Source of the DNA: Candidatus Lutacidiplasmatales archaeon
GTDB lineage: Archaea; Thermoplasmatota; Thermoplasmata; Lutacidiplasmatales; UBA184
Direction of reading: 5' to 3'
Assembly: GCA_044451945.1 (NCBI GenBank)
Contig: JBIOKR010000006.1
Coordinates: 8,605-72,604, forward strand
Length of the DNA: 64,000 nt
Below are positions 1-8,937 of this stretch, in pieces. The translations under genes and the position numbers were made by a program. A model generated the notes under the pieces. It made no database searches and had not been told where the DNA came from. It saw only the letters and a program-made list of their open reading frames with translations. Each line of letters opens with the position of its first letter. Positions within the stretch are counted from its first letter, which is position 1.

Positions 1-1
1 G

Positions 2-337
2 CGGGCAGGCCTCGCCTGCCCGCCTGGTCCGTATGACGTCGAATCCGGCCAGTTCCAGGAGATCGGTCTGGACGTTGAGAAAGAGGAAAAAGTCCGGGGG
101 CGACTGTTCGAGATTGACGGTCAAGACTTCGATTGGGTCATAGTGGACGAGAGAAATTCGGTAGGCGTTCACCAACGCGAGGACTACCGGTATGAAGTCG
201 GAAACGACCATGTCACAGCGGACCTAGTCAATTGGCGGGTCCCGCGAGGTGGTCCGTGGTACCTTATCCTCGAGATCCCGTATCGACAGAATCCGCGGTC
301 AGTTCGCGTTGAGCTCAAGCGGGAACCCCGAGAATAG
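2..337 (+). CDS. hypothetical protein, C-terminal fragment (5' end lies left of the window)
   Basis: Frame 2 is open from nt 2 to the TAG at 335-337; the tracked ORF 143-337 is its in-frame tail. It ends in a strand-rich module, PRGGPWYLILEIPYRQNPRSVRVEL, that resembles the C-terminus of the 13509-14129 protein. No family recognised. Confidence 0.45.
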   Translation, partial: RAGLACPPGPYDVESGQFQEIGLDVEKEEKVRGRLFEIDGQDFDWVIVDERNSVGVHQREDYRYEVGNDHVTADLVNWRVPRGGPWYLILEIPYRQNPRSVRVELKREPRE

Positions 338-418
338 GTTCGAGTTCGGTCGTTCCACGAGCCCTCGAATGACTGAGAGAGATCGCGCCGCCTCCAAGGA
401 GGGCACGTAGCACCTCGC

Positions 419-1459
419 TCACCCCCCTGATTTGAACGCCTTCCTCGCTACAAGATTCAGGGACGCCGCGGAAAGCGCGTAGACAAAGTAGGCATCCTCC
501 TTGTCCGCGCTCAACACCGGGTTGAGCGTCCGACTTCCTGCTTCTATGGGCTTGAGGTACTTCGAGGCGAAGTTGAACAGCCCCCGAAGCCCAGCAAGTA
601 ACTCGTCGACAGCAGGCTCACTCAGACCCGATTCTACAAGCACTGGCTTCAGAGCGGCCTCGTCCCGTGTTAGGTCCCAAACGTCTCGGCTGTGCTTGAC
701 GCACTCGTTCCATTCCCCCTCCGACAGGTCCTTGCGCATCTGGTCGGAGGCGCGTCGGGCACGCGAGAGGCGCTCTTTCAACTCTCCCGTGGCTGGGAGT
801 CCCTCAATTTCAGGAATCTCAAGGACGAGGAATGAACCCAGCCTCAGAGCCGGAATGAAGTCGGCGGTCCAGTCACTCGATGGTACCGTGGCAGCCCCCT
901 TCAGCTCCTCGGTTATCACACAAAGCAGGCTGCTGCCCATCCCGCCGGGTGTCAACAAGCCGGAGCCACCCTTGCTCTTGTCCGAAGGAGCCCAGGCCGC
1001 AAGGTACATCCGCTTCTCTTCCGACCCCCCGTATCCGGAACGGTTTCTGACTTCCTCGATGTAGGTGACATCGTGGAGCGTCGCCATGGGTTGAAGAAAG
1101 GTCAGCCTGACGATCAGATTCAGGACCAGGTCGTGCTTCCTGTTCTTGTTCCGACAGTCTTCGAGATGGGCAAGTTCGGTGGGGGTGAGGCCGAACTGGA
1201 ATTCGAGCTGATTCTCGACCGGTTGAATCGCTGGTGCAGGGTTCCTCAGGACGTCGAGCGGGAAGCCCGCGGAACCCGAGTTAACCAAGGCATGAGAGGG
1301 GGTTCCCACCCGCTTCCCTGCTTCCGATGTTAGGGTAGCAATGGCCGCAATGGGTGCCTCCCGGCCTGGAGCGTAGTTGACGAACGCGATGACCTTGACC
1401 CTCGGGTCGATAGACTCGCCGATGGGGTTGACGGTAACGGCACGAATCCATGGCGACAT
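419..1459 (-). CDS. hypothetical protein (ORFan, about 347 aa)
   Basis: Long ORF in the lower-GC tract. ATG at 1459 (MSPWIRAVTV) is preferred over the upstream alternative start at 1543. Strand-rich N-terminal half, Gly-rich loop (SKGGSGLLTPGGMGSS), helical C-terminal half. No catalytic motif recognised. Confidence 0.55.
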   Translation of the reverse strand: MSPWIRAVTVNPIGESIDPRVKVIAFVNYAPGREAPIAAIATLTSEAGKRVGTPSHALVNSGSAGFPLDVLRNPAPAIQPVENQLEFQFGLTPTELAHLEDCRNKNRKHDLVLNLIVRLTFLQPMATLHDVTYIEEVRNRSGYGGSEEKRMYLAAWAPSDKSKGGSGLLTPGGMGSSLLCVITEELKGAATVPSSDWTADFIPALRLGSFLVLEIPEIEGLPATGELKERLSRARRASDQMRKDLSEGEWNECVKHSRDVWDLTRDEAALKPVLVESGLSEPAVDELLAGLRGLFNFASKYLKPIEAGSRTLNPVLSADKEDAYFVYALSAASLNLVARKAFKSGG

Positions 1460-1656
1460 TGCTTCCCTCGGCCTGGCCTCTGCCCCCGCAAGCAGACGTT
1501 GCTTTAAGAAGCCTCTCGACGGGGAGGCAGTCCCGCCACACAAGCCCGAGCGCGGGACTCAATCGCTAGACATGCCTGAGCGAACCGGAAGCTATCACTC
1601 GAAGCACTCTCCCCTCGTGCCTCGTCTCTAAGACGTCGAAGTCAATTCGAGGCCCG

Positions 1657-1863
1657 ATGGCCGACCTCGAAGGCTTCACCGACCTCATCTGGGAACGGAT
1701 CGGACCGGAAGTCCGCGAGATGGTCCGCGAGTCGTGGAAGGTGACTCACGAGCTCGGCCCCGAGCTTCAGCCGAAGGTCTACGCCTGCTTCCTATGGGTG
1801 ACTTGGCTCCGGGGGACGCGTGGAATGCCGCAGGGGCGGCCGGACTTCTGGGACCATGTATGA
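1657..1863 (+). CDS. small hypothetical protein (68 aa)
   Basis: Only plausible ORF in the 372-nt gap between two minus-strand genes. The first about 40 residues look helical and protein-like (MADLEGFTDLIWERIGPEVREMVRESWKV). No homology recognised. Confidence 0.25.
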   Translation: MADLEGFTDLIWERIGPEVREMVRESWKVTHELGPELQPKVYACFLWVTWLRGTRGMPQGRPDFWDHV

Positions 1864-1915
1864 GCTGGGTTGATCGTTCCAGGCGGGCAAGGAACGGTCC
1901 AACAATCAACCCGGC

Positions 1916-3028
1916 CTAAGTCACGACCGGGCTTTGTCCGATTGCATCGCTGCTCGGCCGGTCGGCTCTCCCCGTCGCAATGTAGGATGTCCAGTCCATC
2001 CCAGACGTAGGATCCGGTCTGAGACTTCCTGCGATGAGCACAAGCCCGCCTCCGTCAAGGCTATCGGCGTTCCCGTCTGGGTCGATCCAATCGGCCCGGA
2101 TCCAGAGTCCAATAGCTCGTTCTGTCGCCTGGCCGCCCTTTGCAGTCGCGCCTGTCCAGGGTGATGGGTCGACCCAGAATACGTCCCCCGGTGCGAGCCT
2201 GTCCACGACGGGAGGATCCGAAGGCGGGGCTTTCCACTTTGACTCCATCACGTTTGCTGGCGTGGCGGACTGGACGGTGGCAAATGGGTAGGTCTTGCAT
2301 GATGCGGCTAGACGAACCGCGGTGGCCGATCCCGAACCTGTGTTCTCCAGCCCGATTAATGGATTGCCAAGAAGGCGGTACGCGTTTCCTGGAATCAACC
2401 CGAGAGTCCTCAGCTCCGGCTGAAAGGCAGCCGTAACGACCCTCAGTCTTGGGAAAGTCGTCGCCCGGCGATGCGCTTCTGCCGTCTTAGACTGCTCGGC
2501 GAGTATCTTTGCCTGACTTGATGAGACCTTGGCCTGCTCCTCGAGCACTATCAGTTGAGCTCTTGAGACTTGGAGCCCGGAGGTAGACGCTGACAACTGT
2601 CGCTCCGCCGAGTTCGCGAGGGCTTCCGTTGCCCGAGACTGACTCCCGGCCGACTTCAGAAGAGCTTCCGCCGCTTGCGCCTGTCGAAGTGCGGAGTAGG
2701 CGAGTGCCAGAGTGCCGGCGGCGAGGAGAGCGGTGGCTGTAGTGAGGGCATCGACGTAGGGCAGCCTCAGGCCGTGGACATGGACCCCGCTCGCACTCGG
2801 ATAGAAGTGTGCGAGGTAGCAGTACGCGATCTGGTAACCGAGGAGGACGGCAACTCCAATCACTACGGCCCAAAGCGCGATGGGGAGGTGAGCGAGCTGA
2901 TCCCACGCAAGGGACCATCGACTCTTGCCAGCACTCGGTTGGGAGCCTGGAGGAACGGTTGGAGGGGGGGGACCAGCTCGTTCAGGGTCGGTGAGGACCC
3001 TTGGGACTCCTTGCGCGCCGTCGGGCAT
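1916..3028 (-). CDS. hypothetical membrane protein with coiled-coil and C-terminal beta-rich domain
   Basis: 370 aa. Pro-rich N-terminus, two hydrophobic helices (LPIALWAVVIGVAVLLGYQIAY and ALTTATALLAAGTLALAY), a Q/A/S/E-rich coiled-coil-like stretch, then a beta-rich domain. No family recognised. Confidence 0.6.
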   Translation of the reverse strand: MPDGAQGVPRVLTDPERAGPPPPTVPPGSQPSAGKSRWSLAWDQLAHLPIALWAVVIGVAVLLGYQIAYCYLAHFYPSASGVHVHGLRLPYVDALTTATALLAAGTLALAYSALRQAQAAEALLKSAGSQSRATEALANSAERQLSASTSGLQVSRAQLIVLEEQAKVSSSQAKILAEQSKTAEAHRRATTFPRLRVVTAAFQPELRTLGLIPGNAYRLLGNPLIGLENTGSGSATAVRLAASCKTYPFATVQSATPANVMESKWKAPPSDPPVVDRLAPGDVFWVDPSPWTGATAKGGQATERAIGLWIRADWIDPDGNADSLDGGGLVLIAGSLRPDPTSGMDWTSYIATGRADRPSSDAIGQSPVVT

Positions 3029-3200
3029 AGCCGGCTGACGCAGCTTCCTCTATACGCCTTGTTGCGTGGATTGGGGACATGCTCGCCTCCCTTCGATGCG
3101 CCGGAGGGGCGAGATCGGCCGTTTCCGGACAGATTCCCTGACGGAAGATGGGCCGGGCTAGTGCAACTTTCGGCGAATTGGCTATACCCCGCCTCGCGAG

Positions 3201-3273
3201 TGGGCCGGGACGGATTCGAACCGCCGATCTCCGCGTTGTAAGCGCGGCGTCCTAACCGCTAGACGACCGGCCC
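3201..3273 (-). tRNA. tRNA-Val (anticodon TAC)
   Basis: Reverse complement reads GGGCCGGTCGTCTAGCGGTTAGGACGCCGCGCTTACAACGCGGAGATCGGCGGTTCGAATCCGTCCCGGCCCA. It has a 7-bp acceptor stem, anticodon stem CCGCG/CGCGG with loop CTTACAA, T-loop TTCGAAT and discriminator A. Confidence 0.9.
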
Positions 3274-5148
3274 ATTGGTGGGGTTCCTTGCTGAATCGGT
3301 GGACGTCCCAGAGTCCCCCGTCACCGAAGGGTGTGCTCTATGCCGTACCTGTACTGCCAGACCACGTTGCAGCTCGGTCATCAGGGCCCCGGGAAGCCGT
3401 GCTTCGCCCACTCCCAGCAGCACACCCTGCTGCACGAGGAGGACCGCATCCCCCGCTCTGATGGATCGGTCCGCGCGAGCAACGCCGGGAACGAATAGGT
3501 CACCCGTAATGTGGACCTCAGGGGAGACCTCGACCGTGGGACCACCGGCCCCCATCATCCGTTCGCCACCTCTCACTGTGAGTTGGAATAGCCCCCTTTC
3601 TTCTCGCCACGTTGCGAGGTCCGTCCGGCCCGCATCGGTCAAACGCTGGAACCACGGTCGCCCCATAAGCCGGACCGGCGGCCGGAATAGGGCTTCTCCG
3701 GCGGAATCGCCGAACTGGAAGCAGGCAATGGCCTGAAGCTCCTCCCGCACCACCGCGAGCGCTCCGATCCCCCCACCGGCCAGTTCGCTGAGCGCTCCAT
3801 CGACGGCCCGCCGCAACGCGGAAACTGCCGACGCGGAGGTGGTGTGGTCGTCAGGAATGGTCCACTCCGGCTGGAGGGATGCCGGAAGGCGCTCCCGCAG
3901 GAACGCATACTCCGTCGGATCCAGGTGGACGACGATCCGCTGATACTGACCGGTCTTGATCAATCGATCGAGCGCATCCGTGACCGCCCTCCGCTCCGCC
4001 TCCGACCATTCCCCCGTGACCGGAATGTCGTAGTGGCGGGCGGGAAAGGTGTCTTCGAGTTCCCTTGGGACGAGGCCGAGCGGCGAGGTCACCGAAACCG
4101 TGTGGACGAGCGAGAGCGTCGGGAGTCCCTCGAGCGCCCTCGCGAAGCGCCGGTGGCTTCTCGAGGAGCGGTACGGCTTCGTTCGAGAGCACGGCACGAG
4201 GAGGAGGACCCTCTTGGACGGGGGCGGTCGATAGTGGGTGAGAAACCGCTCGCGGAAGCGTCGGACCTCGGGCCGTCGAAACGAGTCGACGATGACGTAG
4301 GTGCTCGAACCGGATCCGACGACCGGCACTCGCTCCTCTAGGAGCGCATAGAGGTCCCGGTCGGCATACCGGAGCAACTCTCCGAGCAGGGGCTCCGAAG
4401 GCAGTCGGGATTCGACTAATTGGCGCAGTCGTCCGATTCGAGAGACCGCCCGTGCCCGCCGTATCTCTTCTTCGAGGGCAAAGACGGCGTGTTCCGAAAG
4501 GGAGACCGGACCGTTGGTGGCACATGCTGGGCATCGACAGGTCCGCTCTTCCGCTTCCGGAGCCGAGTCGAGCACCCCCAGCTGAGGGTCCAGGTACTCT
4601 CCGGCCAGAGCCCGGAATCGCGCCTCGGTCGTGTCCATGAGGTCGACTCCGAGGTACGAGAGCATGGGGACCCGGTGAGGAAGCGCCACGCGGGGGGTCC
4701 ATAGCACCGGCCCGGCGCCAATCTGGCTGCGCAATCCTTGGATCGCTTGGACGAACGGCTCTCCGGAGGCCAGCAGGGCCCGGGCGTTTCCCAGTACGAG
4801 AAGCTCAGGGCGAGAAGCCCGGATGGTCTCGATCTGCCCCGAATCGAGCGGCCAGTGAACGACCCAGCAGTTCGGCGCTGCCTCATAGGCCGCCCCGGCG
4901 GCTCCGGAGACCTCGGGAGAGGGGACGCGGAACCGAATCGGGAAGTTCTCCCCGTTGGCCAAGAGCCGAACTGTTCGGAAGCCCCAGTCCTCCTCGCCTC
5001 CTCCCGCGAGGGCGAGTCGACCCGCCGCGATGGGGGGTGAGCCTTCGACTTGATCGAACGCTAGCTCTGGGACCCTCAGCGGGATCGGGCCTACGCGGGC
5101 CTCCCCCAGAAGGAGCAGCCCTTCGAGGCGTTCAACGTGCCGGGGCAT
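3259..5148 (-). CDS. arcS: archaeosine synthase ArcS (TgtA2-type, tRNA-guanine transglycosylase-like)
   Basis: 629 aa. TGT-like N-terminal region, Zn motif CRCPAC, the ArcS signature PC-x3-KPY-x2-S-x2-H (LLVPCSRTKPYRSSRSH) and a C-terminal PUA-like domain. The last 15 nt overlap tRNA-Val. Confidence 0.85.
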   Translation of the reverse strand: MPRHVERLEGLLLLGEARVGPIPLRVPELAFDQVEGSPPIAAGRLALAGGGEEDWGFRTVRLLANGENFPIRFRVPSPEVSGAAGAAYEAAPNCWVVHWPLDSGQIETIRASRPELLVLGNARALLASGEPFVQAIQGLRSQIGAGPVLWTPRVALPHRVPMLSYLGVDLMDTTEARFRALAGEYLDPQLGVLDSAPEAEERTCRCPACATNGPVSLSEHAVFALEEEIRRARAVSRIGRLRQLVESRLPSEPLLGELLRYADRDLYALLEERVPVVGSGSSTYVIVDSFRRPEVRRFRERFLTHYRPPPSKRVLLLVPCSRTKPYRSSRSHRRFARALEGLPTLSLVHTVSVTSPLGLVPRELEDTFPARHYDIPVTGEWSEAERRAVTDALDRLIKTGQYQRIVVHLDPTEYAFLRERLPASLQPEWTIPDDHTTSASAVSALRRAVDGALSELAGGGIGALAVVREELQAIACFQFGDSAGEALFRPPVRLMGRPWFQRLTDAGRTDLATWREERGLFQLTVRGGERMMGAGGPTVEVSPEVHITGDLFVPGVARADRSIRAGDAVLLVQQGVLLGVGEARLPGALMTELQRGLAVQVRHRAHPSVTGDSGTSTDSARNPTNGPVV

Positions 5149-5269
5149 ACATGGGTCTCCGGCGCAGCCAGCCGACCGCGGGGAAACGCCTTTCCCCCGG
5201 AGCCAGCCAGCGAAGTAGAGGTCGTATCGTGTTGGAGGATCTCAACCGAGGTGAGCCACCGGTCGCCTT

Positions 5270-6136
5270 CTAGAAAAGGACCCCGAGGGCGCACGCGAGG
5301 AGGAACACGCCTGCCATGGCGAAGTGACGGCGGAACGGGCGCTCGGCGCGTGTAGGGGAGCGAAGGAAGTCGAGATCGGTCCAGACGAGGAGAACCCCGA
5401 GGGCCACCAACCCAAGGTAGAACCACCCATGGAGGCGAGCGAGCCAGCCGAACAGGGCCAGTAGGCTGACGGCGATCGCATGGAATACGGTGGTCAAGCG
5501 AGCGCTTGGATCGACCCCCAGACGGAGCGGAAGGGAGTGGAGGCCGAGCGAGCGGTCGGAGTCGATGTCCCCCAGGCTGTGGACCGTCTCGAACGCCGTC
5601 CCCCAGAACAAGAGCCCGAGCGCCGCGACCAGGGCGGCGACCGGGAGGTTTCCGGTCACGGCGATGAAGACCGCTGCCGGGGTGATCGACTCGACCACGC
5701 CGAGAAACACGGTCGTCCACGCGCTCAGGCGTTTCGTGTAGCTGTAGCCCATGATGGCAGCGAGCGCTACCGGCGCAAGGAGCAGGGCGAGAGGGTTCAG
5801 TAGGTGGGCGGCGACGACGAGGACGGCGGCGTTGACCGCCGCAAACCCCAACGCAAACCCCGGCGACCTCTTCCCGGTAACGAGGGCCCGGTGTTGGGTC
5901 CTGGGATTCCGGGCGTCGAGCTCGCGGTCCGCGTAGCGATTGAAGCTATGGCCGGCGTTCCTCGCGGCCACGAACGCGATGACGACCAGGGCCAAGGTCC
6001 GGGCCGTAGGGAGCCCGTGGGAAGCGACCAGTAGGAAGCCCAGCGCGAAGGGAAGGTTGAGCGCAAGATTCTGGATCTCTAGGAACTTTCCGAGCTCCCG
6101 AATGCTACCGGTTTCGTTGGGGGAGTCGGCTCTCAC
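5270..6136 (-). CDS. ubiA: UbiA-superfamily aromatic prenyltransferase
   Basis: Polytopic membrane protein with Asp-rich motifs NRYADRELDARNPRT and GDIDSDRSLG. GTG at 6136 overlaps the ubiD stop (GTGA). The longer tracked ORF (to 6238) would overlap ubiD by 106 nt and adds a non-membrane G/P/R-rich head. Confidence 0.85.
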   Translation of the reverse strand: MRADSPNETGSIRELGKFLEIQNLALNLPFALGFLLVASHGLPTARTLALVVIAFVAARNAGHSFNRYADRELDARNPRTQHRALVTGKRSPGFALGFAAVNAAVLVVAAHLLNPLALLLAPVALAAIMGYSYTKRLSAWTTVFLGVVESITPAAVFIAVTGNLPVAALVAALGLLFWGTAFETVHSLGDIDSDRSLGLHSLPLRLGVDPSARLTTVFHAIAVSLLALFGWLARLHGWFYLGLVALGVLLVWTDLDFLRSPTRAERPFRRHFAMAGVFLLACALGVLF

Positions 6137-7614
6137 GAGCCTTTGCGACCCCCCAGCCGGCGGAGCAGCGTGTCCCCTTGTACCAGGGCCTCCATGCGCG
6201 CCGCGACCGACGGGTCCATGCGGATCTCCTCCGGCCACGGGCGGGGGAATCCGTCCTCCGAGCGCTTGCGGGTCGCGTCGATCCCCATCTTCGCGCCGAG
6301 GAGCGGAACCGGGTTCGAGATGGAGAGCTGGTCCACCGGGCCCTGGACGACCTCGATGTCGCGCTCGGGGTCCGCCTGCAGGCCGACCCGGTAGAGCACC
6401 TCCCTAAGGTCGTGCACGTCGACGTCGTGATCGACCACGACGACGTAGCGGGTGAACATCATCTGGCCAAGCCCCCAGAGGGCGTGCATCACCTTCCGGG
6501 GGTGGTCGGGGTAGGACTTGCCGATGGAGAGGATCGCGACGTTGATGAAGAGACCCTCCAAGGGGAGGTTCATGTCGACGATCTCGGGAAGGACGAGGCG
6601 GACCACCGGCAGGAAGACCCGCTCGACGGCCTTCCCGAGAATGGCGTCCTCGGTCGGGGGCTTCCCGGTGACCGTCGAGAGGTAGACCGGCTTCTCGCGG
6701 TGGGTGATCCGCGTGACGTGGAACACCGGGAACGGCTCGGGCGCCGAGTAGTAGCCGGTATGGTCGCCGAACGGTCCCTCGACCTTGCGCTCGGTCGGGC
6801 CGACGTACCCCTCGAGGACGATCTCGGCCTGCGCCGGGACCTCGAGGTCGACGCCGACCGCCTTCGTGAGCTCGAGCGATTCCCCCCGGAGGAATCCGGC
6901 GAAGACGAGGTTCGATATCCCCTCGGGAACCGGGGCGAGCCCGGCGAACACCGTCGCCGGGTCGCAGCCGATCACCGCGGCCACTTCCATGCGCTCGCCG
7001 CGGGCGCTCCACTTGCGGTAGTTGTTGGCGCCGACCCGGTGAACTTGGAAGTGCATCCCGAGGGTGTCGGGCCCGTACTGCTGGAGACGGTAGATCCCCG
7101 TGTGCTGCTCTCCGCTCTCGGGATCCTTCGTGATGACGACAGGAAAAGTGATGGTGCGCCCCGCGTCGCCCGGCCAGCACTTCAGGATCGGGATGGTCGA
7201 GAGGTCGACCTTCTCCTCCACGACCTCCTGGCACGGACCTTTGCTCACACGCTTTGGGCCCAACGAGCGCAGCGTCTCCAAGGTCGCGAGGGTCCCGCTC
7301 AGGTCCCTGATCGCTCCGAGCACGCCGGCCGGTGGCTTGAGCCGGACGAGCCGGGAGATCTTCTCTGCCGGCTCCTCGATCGACTCGGAGCCGAGAGCAA
7401 GCGCGATCCGTCGCGTCGAGCCAAGGACGTTCGTGGCGACGGGCATGCTCGCGCCCTTCACGTTCTCGAAGAGCAGCGCCGGCCCGTCCGTCCGGACGGA
7501 GCGCTGGGTCAGCTCCGTGATCTCAAGGTCCTGGGAGACGGCGGCCCGAACCCGAAGGAGGTCGCCCCTCGACTCCAATGCGGCCAGGAACTCGCCGAGA
7601 GACCGGTAGGCCAT
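6133..7614 (-). CDS. ubiD: UbiD-family (prenyl-FMN-dependent) decarboxylase
   Basis: 493 aa, typical UbiD length and layout, with the EGPFGDHTGYY motif. ATG at 7614. Translationally coupled to the downstream prenyltransferase. Confidence 0.9.
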   Translation of the reverse strand: MAYRSLGEFLAALESRGDLLRVRAAVSQDLEITELTQRSVRTDGPALLFENVKGASMPVATNVLGSTRRIALALGSESIEEPAEKISRLVRLKPPAGVLGAIRDLSGTLATLETLRSLGPKRVSKGPCQEVVEEKVDLSTIPILKCWPGDAGRTITFPVVITKDPESGEQHTGIYRLQQYGPDTLGMHFQVHRVGANNYRKWSARGERMEVAAVIGCDPATVFAGLAPVPEGISNLVFAGFLRGESLELTKAVGVDLEVPAQAEIVLEGYVGPTERKVEGPFGDHTGYYSAPEPFPVFHVTRITHREKPVYLSTVTGKPPTEDAILGKAVERVFLPVVRLVLPEIVDMNLPLEGLFINVAILSIGKSYPDHPRKVMHALWGLGQMMFTRYVVVVDHDVDVHDLREVLYRVGLQADPERDIEVVQGPVDQLSISNPVPLLGAKMGIDATRKRSEDGFPRPWPEEIRMDPSVAARMEALVQGDTLLRRLGGRKGS

Positions 7615-7637
7615 GCCGGGCGGCGGAGCCGAGCTCG

Positions 7638-7645
7638 ATATTTAA
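7638..7645 (-). promoter_or_regulatory. TATA-box-like element (TTAAATAT on minus strand) for ubiD
   Basis: Isolated AT-rich octamer in GC-rich DNA, centred about 27 nt upstream of the ubiD ATG (7614). This spacing fits a leaderless archaeal promoter. Confidence 0.35.
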
Positions 7646-7681
7646 TCGCAGGCGCAGAGCCAAGGTTCAATACGAAACCTC

Positions 7682-8428
7682 GTGGTCCCGCTCGGGAGCG
7701 CCATGCAGACGGTCACCCTCGAGTTCCGCACCGAGGACCTCACGCTCCTCGGGGTCATTCCTCCGAACTTCTTCCAGAAGTACGAGGAGGTCGAGCTCCT
7801 CGAGACGCTCCGCCTCGAGCGCGGCTTTCGCCTGCAGCTACTGCGTCTGCGCCGCCGCACTCCGCTTCGGTCCGAGGGGGACCTCGAGCGCGAATCCCGA
7901 CGGATCCGTCGCCACTACGGCCTCGAGAGCTTCGAGGTGATTGAGCGGCGTCCGAGAAGCCGGGAGTACATTCTTCTCGTCCGGCAGCGCAACCCGGAGT
8001 GGCTCAAGCGGCTCCTCACGCTCTCCGGGGGAGAGATCACTCCGACGGCGCCGTTCCGCATCGCTGAGGAGCGGGTGGTGGCGACATTCCACGGGGAGGA
8101 GAGGGCGCTGAAGCGGGTCTTGGGTCGCCTCGAGCGGGAAGGGCTCTCCTTCCGTGTGCTGCGCGCCTCGACCCACCCGTACCTCGGCGACGCGGGGGCC
8201 GCCGCGCTCACGGGAAAGCAGCGGGCCGCCGTCGCCCGCGCCTGGGCGCTCGGCTTCTACGCCGTTCCCCGGAGGGTGACACTGAGCCGTCTCGCCAAGA
8301 GCACCGGCCAGAGCCCCCCGGCCCTCGGCAAGATGCTCCGACGGGCGGAGGGCCATCTGATCGCCCGATTCCTGAGCGCCACCGAGCCGGACGAGGGTGC
8401 CCCGGAGCCGGAAACGAAACCCGAGTAG
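7682..8428 (+). CDS. HTH_10 (bacterio-opsin activator-type) transcriptional regulator
   Basis: C-terminal LTGKQRAAVARAWALGFYAVPRRVTLSRLAKSTGQSPPALGKMLRRAEGHLIARF matches the Bat/HTH_10 DNA-binding domain. Start is GTG 7682 or ATG 7703 (MQTVTLEF). Confidence 0.75.
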   Translation: MVPLGSAMQTVTLEFRTEDLTLLGVIPPNFFQKYEEVELLETLRLERGFRLQLLRLRRRTPLRSEGDLERESRRIRRHYGLESFEVIERRPRSREYILLVRQRNPEWLKRLLTLSGGEITPTAPFRIAEERVVATFHGEERALKRVLGRLEREGLSFRVLRASTHPYLGDAGAAALTGKQRAAVARAWALGFYAVPRRVTLSRLAKSTGQSPPALGKMLRRAEGHLIARFLSATEPDEGAPEPETKPE

Positions 8429-8489
8429 GGCGGGGCGGCCGCGCCCCCGGCTCGAAAGCTAGAAACGGGCCGGCATCTCGGGAGACACC

Positions 8490-8933
8490 ATGCCCACGTC
8501 GCGTCGGGTAGTGACCGTGGAGCGGGTCGCCGACGCCCCCGAGGTCCCTTTTCCCACCCGGGCCACCGACGGTTCGGCGTGCTTCGATCTTTGCTCCGCT
8601 GAGTCGGTGCGGCTGCGCCGGGGGAAGATCACCCTGGTGCGCACGGGCCTTCGGATGCGCTCGCCCCCGGGGACGTTCATCGAAGTGCGACCGCGCAGCG
8701 GCTTAGGCTCGAAGGGCGTCATCATGCCGAATGCGCCCGGCACGATCGACCGCGACTACGCCGGGGAGGTCAAGGTGCCGCTCACCTTCCTCCTGTCCGG
8801 CGGTTACCGGATCGAGATCGGGGACCGTATCGGGCAGGTCCGGGTGGTCCGAGAGAGTCCCGCGGCGTTCCGGAAGGGCCGGGTCACCGTCTCGACCGAC
8901 CGGGACGGCGGCTTCGGGAGCACCGGCCGCTGA
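8490..8933 (+). CDS. dut: dUTP diphosphatase (trimeric dUTPase)
   Basis: 147 aa with dUTPase motifs: ATDGSACFDL, RPRSGLGSKG, GTIDRDYAGEV and C-terminal GGFGSTG. Confidence 0.85.
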   Translation: MPTSRRVVTVERVADAPEVPFPTRATDGSACFDLCSAESVRLRRGKITLVRTGLRMRSPPGTFIEVRPRSGLGSKGVIMPNAPGTIDRDYAGEVKVPLTFLLSGGYRIEIGDRIGQVRVVRESPAAFRKGRVTVSTDRDGGFGSTGR

Positions 8934-8937
8934 ACGG

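Noticed and set aside
83-98. GAGGAAAAAGTCCGGG resembles the RNase P RNA CR-I motif (GAGGAAAGUCCGGG)
   Set aside because: It has two extra A's, no other RNase P conserved regions (CR-II to CR-V) nearby, and lies inside an open reading frame that continues to 337.
3149-3157. 9-nt copy (TGGGCCGGG) of the tRNA-Val 3' end, 52 nt downstream of the tRNA
   Set aside because: It is too short to be significant in GC-rich DNA and would delimit only 52 nt. It is not taken as an att site. The real distal att, if any, is probably left of the window.
5270-6238. Longest-ORF versions of several genes: UbiA to 6238, AsnRS from 16786, the Tyr-rich gene from 22712, Rpo7 from 47150, ACAD to 45039, YVTN-1 to 63190, the 419 gene to 1543
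   Set aside because: The N-terminal extensions overlap upstream genes or are compositionally non-protein-like. Internal starts coincide with 4-nt couplings, TATA-box spacing, SD-like sites or the start of homology.
6178-7944. 588-aa ORF on the plus strand antisense to ubiD
   Set aside because: Arg/Gly/Asp/Pro-rich translation with no motifs. It fully overlaps a gene with clear UbiD motifs. Long antisense ORFs are expected in high-GC DNA.
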